A stretch of DNA of 63,213 bases, counting the filler, from Choristocarpus tenellus KU-1152 (taxonomy: Eukaryota; Protista; Phaeophyceae), in the NCBI GenBank assembly GCA_964200185.2. It is 11 parts of 11 records of this genome, joined end to end, with 100 filler letters (N's around TTAATTAATTAA, not from the genome) between each part and the next. Parts side by side here need not be neighbours in the genome. Positions count along the whole stretch, not along the records: positions 34,174 to 39,332 come from CAXNAD020011667.1; positions 39,433 to 42,110 come from CAXNAD020025721.1; positions 42,211 to 52,713 come from CAXNAD020002889.1; 8 more parts are not named here. One strand, written 5' to 3'. The position numbers were made by a program, and so were the translations under genes. Position 1 is the first letter of the stretch; the number at the start of each line of letters is the position of its first letter. The notes under the pieces were generated by a model. It searched no databases. It saw nothing but the letters and a program-made list of their open reading frames with translations, and was not told where the DNA came from. This document shows, in pieces, positions 37,765 through 50,529 of this stretch.

Positions 37765-38865
37765 AATGATTATACCCTTTGACATTTTGCAGGTGCGTCA
37801 GGGGGGAAAACAAATTAAGACTACACATTTGTCAGTATAAGCCCTAAGGAGATAAAATATCATAAATGTGAAAAATACTGTAAAACACTATAAATATGAA
37901 AATACCTATCTATTTGTTACTTCACCACTATCAATATTGTACCACTGCCTTCCTGTGCTTCCAATCTACCTACTCCTGCACCCCGGGGGGAGGAGCTAGG
38001 GAGGCATCCTAAGGATTCAATAAACCCTTCCGTGCCCATCTCCCTGGTGACTCTAACTTAAAACGCATGACACGTCTAGATAGTGCCACTTGCGTAGTCA
38101 CTGAGACAATTTGGCGTAGTCGGGATTTGACTAATCCTTTTCTACTAAATCCTCCAGTTCCTCTCCCCCCCACAATGTGAGTAGCCAGCTTATCCAAGAA
38201 GCATTCCACTTGCTTTCCGAGCCGCCCAAAACTTTCCACCGCAAAGGTGTTGAAGTTATAACTACGAGGATCAAAGGAGCCCTCATAGTGGGTACACTTT
38301 CGTGCCTCGACTGGAGCAGCAGCTACACCATTGCTGGTGGATGAGTGGGTTAGGTGGGAGGTTGCCTGTACCTCTGCGGAGGTGACGTCTAGCAGAAGAA
38401 CTTTGTCCCTGTAGGGAGCTGTTCCAGCATCCGCTAGTGCCCCTTCGTGAAACACCAGATCCATGCGGAGATTCCCGTCCACTGTGCAAGGGCTACCGTC
38501 CTCCGTAGTGCAAGAGATACCCATCCCCTTGCATAGTTGGTGCAGGGGTTTTACCATTGAAGTGTGCTGTCGTACCTGTCCCCCTGCCCTGGGGTAGATA
38601 CGGTCGTGTCTGGTATCGATATTTTGCCTCCTGCACCCTGACACTGGGCACCTGTTGGATAGGGCCTCCCCCCTCCGTAGGGATCTGGATCTGCTGACTG
38701 TGAGTTTGAATTCCAGATGGAGGATCTGGCATGCTGGTTCCAGAGGTTGAGTCGAGGCCCTCGCGTTTGCCCCTTGTCTACACTGGCTCCGGTGACGTGC
38801 TAGGGCTAATGAGGAGCTTTCCCTCCCTTGGTGTGCCTCATTTGGAAGGCCAGCCAGTTATGTCC
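37765..38865 (-). mobile_element. 5'-truncated non-LTR retrotransposon with a restriction-like endonuclease (CRE/NeSL/R2-group type)
   Basis: Post-RT ARHRSQC..GA motif, degenerate zinc knuckle, RMDLVF...LLLDVT...EARKCTHY...FAVESFGRLG (PD-(D/E)xK RLE) in ORF 38009-38644, 3' UTR, terminal stem-loop and ATAAT tail. Confidence 0.85.
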
Positions 38866-39162
38866 TGAATGTTGGCTACGTTCCCTTGGTCCCCAGTCAA
38901 GTGCAGCAGCAGTCCCCCAAAAGACGCAAGAATCTGGACCTTACTATCCCCTGCATGCGCACACTTGAAAATTCGTCCATGCATCACGTAGTCAAACTTG
39001 TCCACCAGGGTTACCTCATCTCCCAGCGGTCGATATATCCCCTCGTCTGGTTTGCCGCTAATATCTAATGTACTGTACAGCACCAGTGTGAGCCGGTCCG
39101 CCTCCTTCACCTTGTAAATTTCGCACTTGATATCCAGAAGCAAATCCATGTCGTACATAACT
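38866..39162 (-). pseudogene. RPB8: RNA polymerase I/II/III shared subunit RPB8 (RPABC3) fragment, uninterrupted, truncated at both ends
   Basis: YDMDLLLDIKCEIY...LTLVLYSTL...DKFDYVMHGRIFK...ASFGGLLLHLTGD is the RPB8 signature. The 5' side is cut by MITE-A; the 3' side joins the LINE before the normal C-terminus. Confidence 0.9.
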
Positions 39163-39332
39163 GGCTCAAAGTATCTGGGGGGGGTGGCGGCTGTCCATTT
39201 GGGGCCCAATTTTTTCACGTCGCGATTTTTGGGTAATTTGGTTCCATAAGTTGGGGATGGATAATGAAAGTACACTTTTCCTGGTTTTGGTCCAAATGGA
39301 CACTCCGGTGTAGACCCGCACCCCACACTCTC
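39163..39332 (+). mobile_element. MITE family A (contig end)
   Basis: ggctcaaagtatctgg... aligns with 55936-56113. Confidence 0.92.
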
Positions 39333-39432
39333 NNNNNNNNNNNNNNNNNNNNNNNNNNNNNNNNNNNNNNNNNNNNTTAATTAATTAANNNNNNNNNNNN
39401 NNNNNNNNNNNNNNNNNNNNNNNNNNNNNNNN

Positions 39433-39575
39433 CTGGACACACCTTCTCATAACGTATACATTTTACCTACTCCGAAACATTTTGGAATAGGAAAATGTAA
39501 TAAAAAACTCATGAGAATCCAAGCCCCAAATGGACAAACAGGGAAAAACTCACACCCTCTAAGATACTTTCACTC
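39433..39575 (-). mobile_element. MITE family B, partial
   Basis: Ends caccctctaagatactttcactc. Confidence 0.9.
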
Positions 39576-42110
39576 TTTCCACATTACTGTGGAAAGTATC
39601 ACCAGCTGCGGCGACAACGAGCGGTACACACTAGTGGCCGCCACTGAGGACTCTCTGAGCAATAATGCTCCAGGCAAGTGTGGGGAAAACGAATGTTTGG
39701 TGTCAAGTGTTGGGGTTGGCCACGAGAAAGAAGAATGGGTTTTGGACAGTGCGGCTTCATGTCACATGACAAATATGGTAAAATCCATGACAAATTAGAA
39801 GCCTTGTGTTGGAGACCAGAGGGTAGTCACTGCCAGCAAAAACTCCTTTCACATCGCTGGTCGTGGTGATCTAACCATCTTGTTTCCGTCATGTGACAAC
39901 AAGGAGGTAGAAATACTCCTCAAAAATGTCGCCCATGTCCCAGATCTTGGATTCAATCTTTTTTCTTGCCAAGCAGCAACTGATATGGTTGCGAAAGACA
40001 TTTGCACAGTCAGTACATTCTCGCTGTTAGATGGAAAACTTATCTTTACAAGAGATCCTAGTTGTCATTAGACCCTCCATGGTCAACGCATATTGCCGTG
40101 ATCAGGTCAATAGCCTGAAGTTGCTTTAAAGGCCACTATAGCTCCCTCGCTTGCACCCCACGCTCCCCATATCGACGTTGACATTAACCTCTTCCATCGC
40201 TCTTATGGCCACGCACACGAGGCATTGCTCAAGTCCACCGCCACTTCAATGGGCATTACATTGGTGGGTGAGCTGGAGCCATGTGCGGGCTGCTCTATGA
40301 GCAAGGGCATATGGAAGGGCATCCGGTCCAGCACGTCTTCAAGAGCGGTAAGAAAGCTGGATCGGGTTTTGTCGATGTAAGTGGGAAGAGGGCTACCCTT
40401 TCAATCGGAGGTAAACAATACACCATGATAATCCGGGACGACTGTTCTCGTTTTGTTTGGTTGTATTTCCTTCGTGCTAAGTTGGATGCCACCGAAGCCT
40501 TGTACCTGGCCGATATCTGGGCTGATGGTACTCCCTCTCAGGTCATGTGTGTGCGGTCTGATAACAGGGGGGAATTTTATGAGGGTGCTTTTGGCGCTCT
40601 TTGCCGTGATAGTGGAATAAGACAGGAGTTCACACCTGCAGACAGCCCTCAATTTAATGGGGTTGCTGAACGCATGCTGAGTATTATTGATGAAGCTTCA
40701 TTAGCTGCCTTCAAGCTCCACTACTTTTCCCCCATGTTACTATCCCCAAGACAGACTCTCTATGGGCTGAAGCTCAACACTATGTTTGTGACTCGCTCAA
40801 TCGCACATCGACCACGGCTAACCCTGGTTGTAAATCGCCACATGAAATGTGGTATGGCACCCCTGCACCCCTATTGACCTACCAATTCCTTCAACCTGGT
40901 TTTTGCTGTCTTAGTAANNNNNNNNNNCAGGGATCAATCACCCCCGTGATAGGTACCATGTTCTTACTTCGACCGGTGCCATAGTTACTACACGTAACCT
41001 GACCTGACTGTCTTCTAAGGACCCTAGTCTTGCCCCAGTAGGAAAGGTTGCCCCTGCTTTACGAAAGGGGGGGGAGGGGGCTTGATGCAAACCCTCGTTC
41101 TGAAGACGAGCTCCCCCATCCCAAAGCAGATGACTCACCATTAGATATAAAATCTGTTTGTTCATCTCGCTCCTCAACTTCATCCCTTTCTGACGACTCT
41201 TCCTGTAGCGACGGAAGTGAGGACAGGTTTGTTCTAGGTGAGAGGCCGTCCTTTGGTAACAAAGGAGATAGTCTGATTAATGATCCTTCCCCTGGTGAAG
41301 GAAGTGTAGGTGAGATTGTCAAGGATCTGCCTGTTGACCCTTCCGAGTGAAAGTATCTTAGAGGGTACGAGTTTTGCCCTGTTTGTCCATTTGGGCTTGG
41401 CTTCCCATGGGTTCTTCTATGATATTTTCCTACTCCAAAATGTTTAGGAGTAGGTAAAGTGTAATGTTATGAAAAGGTGTGTCCGGAACATGGATATTGA
41501 CACTTTCTAACAAATACGACGATAGTCAAAATTACATAATAATCGCAACATTGGATTTTGGCCCCCAAATGGACGCGGCTCTACCCTCTAAGATATTTTG
41601 GCTCTTTCCCTGGTGATGGGGAGGGAGTTCAGGTTGGCATGAGTCTGTCCGGAGACACTACCCGAGATGCTGAATGGAGCGTAGGATATTTCTCATCCTT
41701 GAGTCCACAGCACTTGCCTCAGGCAGTTGCTGTCTCAACAGCTGCCCGTACTGCAGCTCGCCAGCTGGAAGACCTTCTTCCCAATCCAGTCCGTGAATCT
41801 TGCATTGAGTTGGGTAGGACTAGACAGGAAACTCGAGCCAGAGCTGAAGGTAGCACAGGTGTTGGCAATGTGATGTCTCTTATTGCTAATGTAGAGAGGC
41901 AACATGTTGCTTATGCCTTGGCTGTACAGCCCACCCCTGAGTCAGTGTTGATGAGTACCCCCCTGCATGGTTGTCCTGTTTTTGAGTTGGAACCAGCCCC
42001 TCAATCTGATGCTGAGGCCCAAAAGTCTGAATACTGGACGGTATGGGAAGAGGCCATGTCCAAGGAGTTCCATGGTTTGTTGGACACAGGTACCTTCAGC
42101 ACTGCAGATG
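39576..42110 (+). mobile_element. Decayed Ty1/Copia pol (protease, GAG-pre-integrase, integrase, start of RT)
   Basis: WVLDSAASCHMT; VAHVPDLGFNLFS; FHRSYGH...CAGC; IRDDCSRFVWLYFL, VRSDNRGEF, PQFNGVAER; W.EAM.KEF.GL..TGTF, in Copia order. Confidence 0.93.
41345..41604 (+). mobile_element. MITE family B, full length (260 bp), inserted in Copia
   Basis: TIRs gagtgaaagtatcttagagggta / taccctctaagatattttggctc. TSD ttcc/tttc. Removal restores DPS|PGDGEG. Confidence 0.92.
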
Positions 42111-42243
42111 NNNNNNNNNNNNNNNNNNNNNNNNNNNNNNNNNNNNNNNNNNNNTTAATTAATTAANNNNNNNNNNNNNNNNNNNNNNNNNNNNNNNNNN
42201 NNNNNNNNNNGTTTTTGTTGTTTTGTTTTTGTTTTGGGGGGGT

Positions 42244-42274
<31 letters not shown>

Positions 42275-43714
42275 TAGCGCATGTGAAGGAAGTTTTGCAT
42301 GGAAGATTTGCAGCTTTGCACTCTGCAGTTGATAAGTTAAGAGACTTTTTTTGGCAGAGGGTTGTAATTCTCGAGCTACCTTTATCCTCGACAGAAATGT
42401 GAGGATCAGTTCTCCAACTTTTTTGTGCGTGGACTGGTGGTGTCTTTCTACTTTGCTTTTTAGGCTCCTTCTGAGATTGGCGCGATAAACATCTTGGAAA
42501 AAAGAAAGCAGGCTGCGGATACATGTCGAGCACTGGGCAGTGAGCTGTCAGAGAGTAATGATGAGGTTGTGCTGATGACCCATGCTTACAAGATTGGAGT
42601 GCTCCTGTGTGATGAGCTTGGTGAGACTGGGGCCCTTCCCCCTGAAGGGGAGGGAGTTTGAGTAGGGACTGTTGGAAGAGCATGTTGCTCCTTCAGGGCG
42701 AGGGGGCTTCTTCAAGAAAAAAAAAAGGTTTTACAGATACATTGGAAGGCATGCTTGGGCTGCTCGGTTGCGTGATTTTGCGTTCTCCCTTGTGCTCAGT
42801 GAGAGTTGGAGTCAATTTTCACATTTTTTCTGATTTTTTTTTCCATTTTGACAATTTTTTCCATAATCGGAGAGGGGCATTTATCCCCCTGTTCCTGTGT
42901 GTCCTCTGTATGTCCTCTCCTCTTTTTGCAAAACTTTTTATTTATTTATTGTTATTAGTGTCCTCACCTAGTTTACTAGAGGAGGTAGTGTGTCATACTT
43001 GTGGTAAATGGTTTGGAGGACAATGGCAGCACAGCCCAAGGAGGAGAGGGGCGATAATATATTCTATGTTGTCTTTTTGGGTTTGGTAAGAACGGGATGT
43101 TAGAAAGGAGAGAAATGAAACCCTGAGGAGAAGCATGCCTGTTGATTTCCGTGTTAGGTGGTTTGATAGTTTGACGACAGGGTAAGTTTGGTTGTTCAAG
43201 CCGTTCCGTGCTTGTATTGTTGAGAGGCTCTTGTTCTAAGGTTGTGTGCGTTTTTTTTTTTGTCCTATGTGTTACTTGTAGTACGAGTGGAAATAGTGGC
43301 TGTTGTACAATTGTGTGCTTGTGCCTTCCATTGTATGTTGTTGATGTTGATTTGACGGTGTTTTTGTGTTGAGTTAAGGTTGTAGTATGAAAAAGGCTGG
43401 TTTAAGAGTGGATCGCAGGGGACTGTAGATTGCATTGTAAGATGTAATACGTAGTAGGAACTTTGACACTTTCTCAATCACTGTTATTGGCAACAGCTCC
43501 ACGTTCCCTTCCAACTCATCCTCTCAACTTCTTTCAATTATTGAATAAGGTTGAACTTTCCTTCAGGCTGATACATGTTTTGTGGCACCCCCCAAGAGAC
43601 GTTGTTTTTGGCCGTTGCCTTTCTTATTTACTCCTCTGAGTTAGTACAGTTGTAACAATGATCACACACAAGGCTGACATTGTGGAACTCCTGTGCTTGT
43701 GGGGTGTTCCCCAG

Positions 43715-46700
43715 GAGGAAACCTTTGCGACGTTGTTTCTGAACTCAGGGAGCGGACACATAGCCGTAAGGCAGAATCTGAACGAGCACTACAGGTGGAG
43801 AGTCTTATAGTCCCACTTTTACTCCCCCAGAAAATAGAATATGAGTATGATGGGTGGAGGATTATGGGCAGGCTATCGATGAAGTTGACTTTCAAAAAAC
43901 ATTCTTAAGAGTATGGAATCTCAATCCCAAGGCCAAAGGTTGAATGTCCTTTACAGAGTGTTCACAATCCAGCCCGTTTTTCTTTTCTTTTTGTTTGAAA
44001 AGGGTTAGGGTTCTTGGTATTTTTGAGAGCTTTTCTTTTCTTTTTTTTATCCTGGAAATTCTGTGCAGTTCAGCACTCCCCAAGTAGTACAAAGCGGTGA
44101 AGTGAGATAGAAGCAGTACCAAATTCGTACACTGCTGTGATTGTTTGTGAGTTTCTGCTATGCAGGGCCTACAGTATGGCGTTGCTGGGAGGGGAAGTGA
44201 GTGAGAAATACTTCCAGTGCAGTGTGGGACTATGTTGGATGTTTGGTACTAGTACTAGGCTGGTACCAGTCCTAGAATTGGTTCAAGTACCAATATTATT
44301 GTATGATAGGATTGATAGTATTGGTAGTGGAACTGATGGTCGATACAACAGTGCCACAGGGTTGACATGTAGGCCTGTTTTGCCTCACTGATCATCTGAG
44401 GTCACCTCCGGAACCTATTTGTTGAAAGCGATATCTAGTTGCTGGTACAACAAGCATCGTTGACATCCACCCTGGGCGTCTCTGTTGACAGGCTGGTGTC
44501 ATTGCAGCAGCAGGAGAGATGCTCAAGACCCTAGAGTTCCATGCAAAGAAGAAGGCTGCGGCAGAGGCCAAGTTGGAAAGGAGGTGCGTTGAAGAGTAGT
44601 AGGAAGGCGTTTACGTCAACTCACCTTCATTGTATTTGGGAAATATTTTTACTTCAGCCTCCGAGGTCTGCTTTGATGTACATCGATGTTTTTATCGAGT
44701 CCTGTTTAAAAGTGGTTGTTAGGTGTTTGTGGAAGAAAGCGGTGTGTTACGTTTTGTTTTGTTTTTAAGTATTTTTTTGTTGGGAAAGAAAAATGTGTTT
44801 TTTGTAAATCTTTGTTGAGAAATAACGCCTCTTTATGTCAAGGGAAGTATCATGCAATGAAATAATATTTTGTTGCAAGAAGGATTGATAATAGAAACGG
44901 GTTATAATAACTTTTGCGGATTATTTTTATTGTGGAGTACCATTCTAGAGAGGGATTATGGAACTCTTTTTCGGTTCATCCCTTGACCATTTGGGTCGGA
45001 AACAGTTGCTGATGTAGTACCTACCTGTTTTTTTTACAATTGATTGTACATACAAGTATGATATAGTCTGCACCATTGTATGTGTTGAAGCACTCGAACC
45101 CGCATCTCTGTGAGGTTTGATTAGAGTCAAGGTTTATGACTTTATAGGCCTTTGATGGTGTTCTTCCAAGCCTCCTCTGTAAGGAGCAGGTGGTGGTTAT
45201 ATTGTTTTTGATATTAGGGTTTTGGTGCAGGTGGTTTGTAGAAGCTGAGGTCCAGCTATGCAAGCCTTGATTCTATTATTTGACCATAGTTTATAACTTA
45301 AGCTGGCCAATTCAAGGCATTTTGAGGTGTGATGCGTTGCACTGTGCTGGTGAAGATGCCTTCACATTATTGTGTAATTTGCATTGCAGTCTGCAGGTTT
45401 TGCTCGCAGTTGAAAGTGCAATTACCGCCATCCTCTCCGCCTGAAACCCCATCGCCCTGTATGCTGACTCCATTCAGTATTAAGGAGCAGGAGGAGGACC
45501 GGAAGTATTTTGGAGATGCCGCATCATCGTCCAATAGCATCCTGGTTCAGGTACTTCTTCCCACCCTGATTATTGTGTACAGTGCTGTGTACTGCTGAAG
45601 TTATACAAGAAGCAATCCAGATGTGTTGAAATCATGAGTCACTAGGTTAGTGGAATATGATGTTGAAGGTAGCGTCAGCAAGTGCCATTTTGACCATTTT
45701 TTTTTACATGTTAAGAGCCGATGCAAGCTTAGAGGTTTGGATATGTAGGTGGAAGGCTTGTTTCATATCTGAGTGCTATATGGGAGGAGGGGTTTCAGCA
45801 CACACCTGTTGATCAGTCCTCGCCCAGCATTGATGGTACTGAAATATTTTCAAGTCCTCCTGATCCCACCACATTGCAACATTTTTTTTCTTAGGAGTAT
45901 CCGCGATCCAAGGTAATTACCAGTAGGCTTGAATGGTCATTTCTTTTTGGGATCTACAATATAGTGCATTATAGTAGCAAAATTTGGTGTGTGTTTGTTG
46001 GTATGATAACCATATGTTTCGCCCATTCATGTGCAAGCACTCCTCCTTTGCTCTTGGTACCCCCTTTGCCTGTCACATGCCACAGAATCAAATCAGAGAG
46101 ATGGCGGAGTTCGTTGAGACCTCTGTGAATGAGATATCCCACATTGTGGATGTTGTACAGGCCTTGCAAGAAAGAATGGAAAGGGTGTTGACTGCAGAGA
46201 TGTTTGCCACTGTCAAGAAAGGTAAACATTGTGTGGCCCAATGGGCCTGGGCAGTCAGTCCACATACATGCCCCCCCCCCCCTCCTTTCTCCTGCACCTC
46301 TAAGGTACTGCAGTTCTACTTTTTGTACGATATCTTCACTATTTATATATGTTTTTCTTCCATGTGGGGTTGATGCACCCGTTTATCTGTACACCATACC
46401 ATACCCTTTGAAAGTGTTGTAATCTTGGAGTGTGTGTGATGAAGCGATTGTCCAATGAAGACATGGTTCTGAACCTGACAAACCTTACCGTTGCCCGTAT
46501 CACTGTGGTTGTTCATGTCATCCTCTTCAAAGTACTAAAGAATGCTAAAAAGAAAAAACAATGTCAGAGTAAGCATTTGATTATCTTTATATTTGTTGGA
46601 CCTTTTCTAAATTCCCCAACCCAACCCAACCCAACCCCCCCTGGGGGTGCCATGCACTGTTTCTTAGATGTGAATGGTTTCATCCTGTCCAACCAGGATG

Positions 46701-46798
46701 CTGCAGTGGCAAATGTGTGGAGAAGTGTTGGACATAAAAAGCAAACCCCAGCCGGATCGAAGTCGTCTTCCTCTAGGAGTGATTGCTCCGTGATGTAA
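43715..46798 (+). CDS. Unknown coiled-coil protein ending in a CaaX motif (CSVM*); 5'-partial
   Basis: Phase-compatible GT-AG exons 43715-43794, 44492-44583, 45397-45550, 46086-46221, 46668-46798. Confidence 0.75.
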
Positions 46799-48778
46799 AG
46801 ATAATGAGAGTGTTTTTATACAGAAAGGAAGGCATTCTTCCCCAGGAGTTAATTCTTGTCATGTCGTCCACCACCCCCCTTGCGCTCTCTACAAAGACAA
46901 CTAGTGAAGAGTTGTGAGTGATGTCAGGGTGTATGGTTAGAGGTCGGAGAGTTTGCAAGAAGGCACCCCATTGGTTCTTATTGGTGTTAATATTTCTGTT
47001 TTTACCATGCCCTTGACGAGTCAATCCTGGCGGGGGTACTATGAATGGTGGTTGTTTTAATCATCGAGAAAAGAAGGACCTTTTTCACCAAATGGTAATG
47101 TGAATTGCTGCCTTCTCTTTTTTGGAAGGCATTATTTGTTACCAGACAGTGAAAATGGTGAAAACAATTTTTGGGGTCAGAAAGAACAGGTAAGTGAAAA
47201 GGTGAGGCTCTTGATGCCCCTGCAACGTGGTTAGTATGATTCAATATCACTACTGTACTAGTGTAGTAACCATGGCATAGCGACAAATTGCACTAAGAAT
47301 TTGAATAGGACCAACCTTCAAAATAGATACAGCACCTTGCTAGATCCATCTTCCTCAGGTGGGTGAATAGTTGAAGGATGGGGAGAAGGGGAAGACGGGG
47401 TCTACCAGCAGTTTCTGTTGTCTCTGCTAGCCATTTGTTACCATTACGACAATCATAATAGGTAGTTCCAATATTCGTTTTACTTTGTGTTAGTCCTGTT
47501 GGAGCAGTGATCCATGTGTATTACAAATGTTGATTGTCCAGTATCATAGGAGTGTAGTGGGCATGTAGCAATGTTATATATTTCATAGAAGGTGGTCAAC
47601 TGTGAAAGGAGAGTAGTTGTGACGTGGGTGACATATTCAACACAATATAATAGTTCCAAAAAAAAATCTGTCAAATGGAGTTTTAGCAGGGACTTTTTTT
47701 CTTATGCACAATTTATACTCAGTGAAGTGTAAGAGGTGAGAACAGTAACAGGTGTGCAGAATGTTACGTTGATATGTCCAAGTCAAAGGCTGGTATGCTT
47801 TAGTGAGTAAAATTGGGGGGTAAAATACAGAGGGTAGGACATGGAAAAGTAAATAGTGTACTTTTGTAAAGGAACACACAACTGATTATAGAATGCGATA
47901 AGAATCCTCTCTGAAGAGGAGGAAATATTGTGAGGAAAAAACAAAAAGATTTTTCTATTCTTTTTTATATGCTCGAGATTGCAATCCCTTGTCATCAAAG
48001 AATCAAACAATAACTGTGGTACAAAAAAGGTACATAATATCTGATCACAGCATTTGAACTTTTCCTCTCAGGCACAACTCTATTCCTGTTTCAAGCGCTC
48101 CTTATCCTCCCACTTCTATTCTCCCTCAAAAACGTTGGCTCATGCAAAAGGGTGCCTATTGGCACTAACACTTCACTTTTAACCAAAAAATCATTCCATA
48201 TTTGTGCACAGGATTTGCCCTCTCTGCAACTCATCACAGGAACATTCTAATGATTAAACAGCAAAACAAAATGAATGAGAAGGATTACTTGCACTAATAA
48301 AAGGCACCAGAAATTCCAACTGCATCCTAACCTCAGCCTAACTAAAAAATGCCTAATTTTCGCATGAATTAGCTAGCAATGAATGAAGCTGTGATGCACT
48401 GGCATGAACAATCAGTTTATGAAAATAAAATTAATCCTTCCCAACAGCTTATGTCTAATCTCAGTTCTGAGTAGCTCTACTACCTCAGTTATGACAGTGT
48501 ATTGTGTGCCTTGAGCATGCAGATACACACATGTTCCACCTCCACTTTTAGACCAATGCCCACAAAATCAACAGACAAGACATGACAGAAAAGTATTAAA
48601 TAATGAAATGAAGTCAACACCAAACAGAACACAAAAAGAGCTTTGCCTTTTTCGTGTGCATATCTCTGCTGCAGCCAGCAAGACTCACTCAGCTGCGTCT
48701 CTCTATGAGAGTTTGCATGAGCTGCACAAAACAGAACGGCAATTGTAAATTTCACCAACTATAGATGAGCCTTCACCT

Positions 48779-50529
48779 TCAGCTCACTGCCACAGCAGAG
48801 GAGTTCATGGGCAAGGCATGAAAGTTGTCTACCAGAAGGTCATCTACATTAAATATTTCCTCGCAGCCATCATTTGCCTTGATGTCCTCCTCATCAGCCC
48901 CAGGGCCAACAACAATGGGTGCCTCTTCATCAATGTCCACGCTGCTATCAGCTTGTACTAAAGTTTCTGGACTGTTGATGACAGAGGCCCCTCCTATTCC
49001 CTCTTTTTGTGACTTAGTCTTGCACACATCAGGATCTAGGTCTATCCCCCCTCCCCAAGTCACTGCATTTCCTACCGCTCCCAGAGGTAAGGCAGACGAG
49101 TCAGATTCGTAAGACTCTTCGTCCACGTCACTGCAACTTTCCATTGGGTCAAAATCCATCATCCCTTGAAAATCTCTTCCCTCTCCAAGGCCTTCTTCAT
49201 CTTCATGATCTGCACTGTCCAACTCTTCCTGCGTGACAAACCGACCTTTCAAGCGCGGTCGTTTATCGGCGAGTTTCTTGCGGCAGTCATACTTGATCTT
49301 CTTTCGCCAGATGCGACGCCCCCGTTTGGCGTGGAACTTAGCTACTAAGGCAGCTCTCTCAGCCACAGTATACGCACCCACCTTCCGAGCGGCTCCACCA
49401 CCTGCTCCTCGCCTGCCACCCTCGACGCTACTCAACGACCGAGTGCCACCGCATACCAACCCATGGTCTGTGACATTAGCAGACGTCGCTGCCCCCTCAG
49501 TAGACCCTCGCAACCCGCAACGAACTTCTCCCTGATCCTCGGTCTTGATTTCTAAGGATACCTCAGAGGATGCTTCAGCTGGTTGCTCAAGCGCAGCTTG
49601 CGACCTGGTCTTCGCCCGATGCACAACGGCTGGGGCAGGCCAATGTCGTTTCCCCGCAACCTTAGGTGGCTCAGTCTTAGCACACGCCTCAGACGGCGGA
49701 TGATCATGTAATGCAGCCCTACGAGTAGATCTGGGCTTTGATTTTAGCGGATCCTGCTTGGAGGAAGGGACCACTTTGGACTTGACAGCGATCTCTTTCG
49801 CAATCGGCTCTTCCTCGACAACTATCTCTTGCTTCACAACCATTTCCACTGGATCCTCTTCCTTCAACTCTGCTCCGTATATTGAGATGAAATCGAAGGA
49901 TATCCCACGCTCGCGTTCTACAGTCCATCTCATACTGCCGTTGTCCATGAGATCCAAGGGAACTGCAGCAACAGGGAAACGGGAAGTCGGTGAGTTAAGC
50001 TCCAATAGATAACACATAACAGAGCTCAAGTACAAGTATGAATCAGTTTTGTTGCTATCCTGCGATGCAGTCAAGATATCCAGCGAGAACTCCTTCAGAG
50101 TAAGTTGTGGACAAACATCTTACTCTCGAATCGATTAAGAACACCCTACTGCTTTAGAGTAACGGTCAGAAGACGAGGGAGAACAAACTAGCAGAGTTCC
50201 TTGCACCTGACTACAGACGTCAACATTACATAAAAGGTCCAAATAGATTGGGGCGCCAACCATGGTTGCAGCCTGGTATCTTTTATCGGGGATAGAAAGC
50301 TCAGAGAATGACCAAGCTCACATCAATTTCAACCTAACAAGACGTGTTCACATGGTACTTCTGTCTCAGATCATTGCAAGCACTTACAGTCGCCATGTCC
50401 CTGTTGAAAGAAGTCATGGCCAAAGTCGACATCATTCTCCGGTAACAGGTCCACATCGATGTCGGTGGACATCTTACCAATAGGACCTAGATGGCTGAAG
50501 TCGATGCTTGCCACGCGGAAGCGTGACAT
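48779..50529 (-). CDS. CCT-domain protein (CONSTANS/CO-like/TOC1 motif)
   Basis: Exons 50529-50388 and 49962-48779 (phase 1). ERAALVAKFHAKRGRRIWRKKIKYDCRKKLADKRPRLKGRFV is a canonical CCT motif. Start codon uncertain. Confidence 0.9.

Noticed and set aside
38852-39166. 12-bp inverted repeat (agccagttatgt/acataactggct) bracketing the RPB8 fragment
   Set aside because: Four of the 12 bases belong to the MITE terminus and the rest to RPB8 codons; likely chance.
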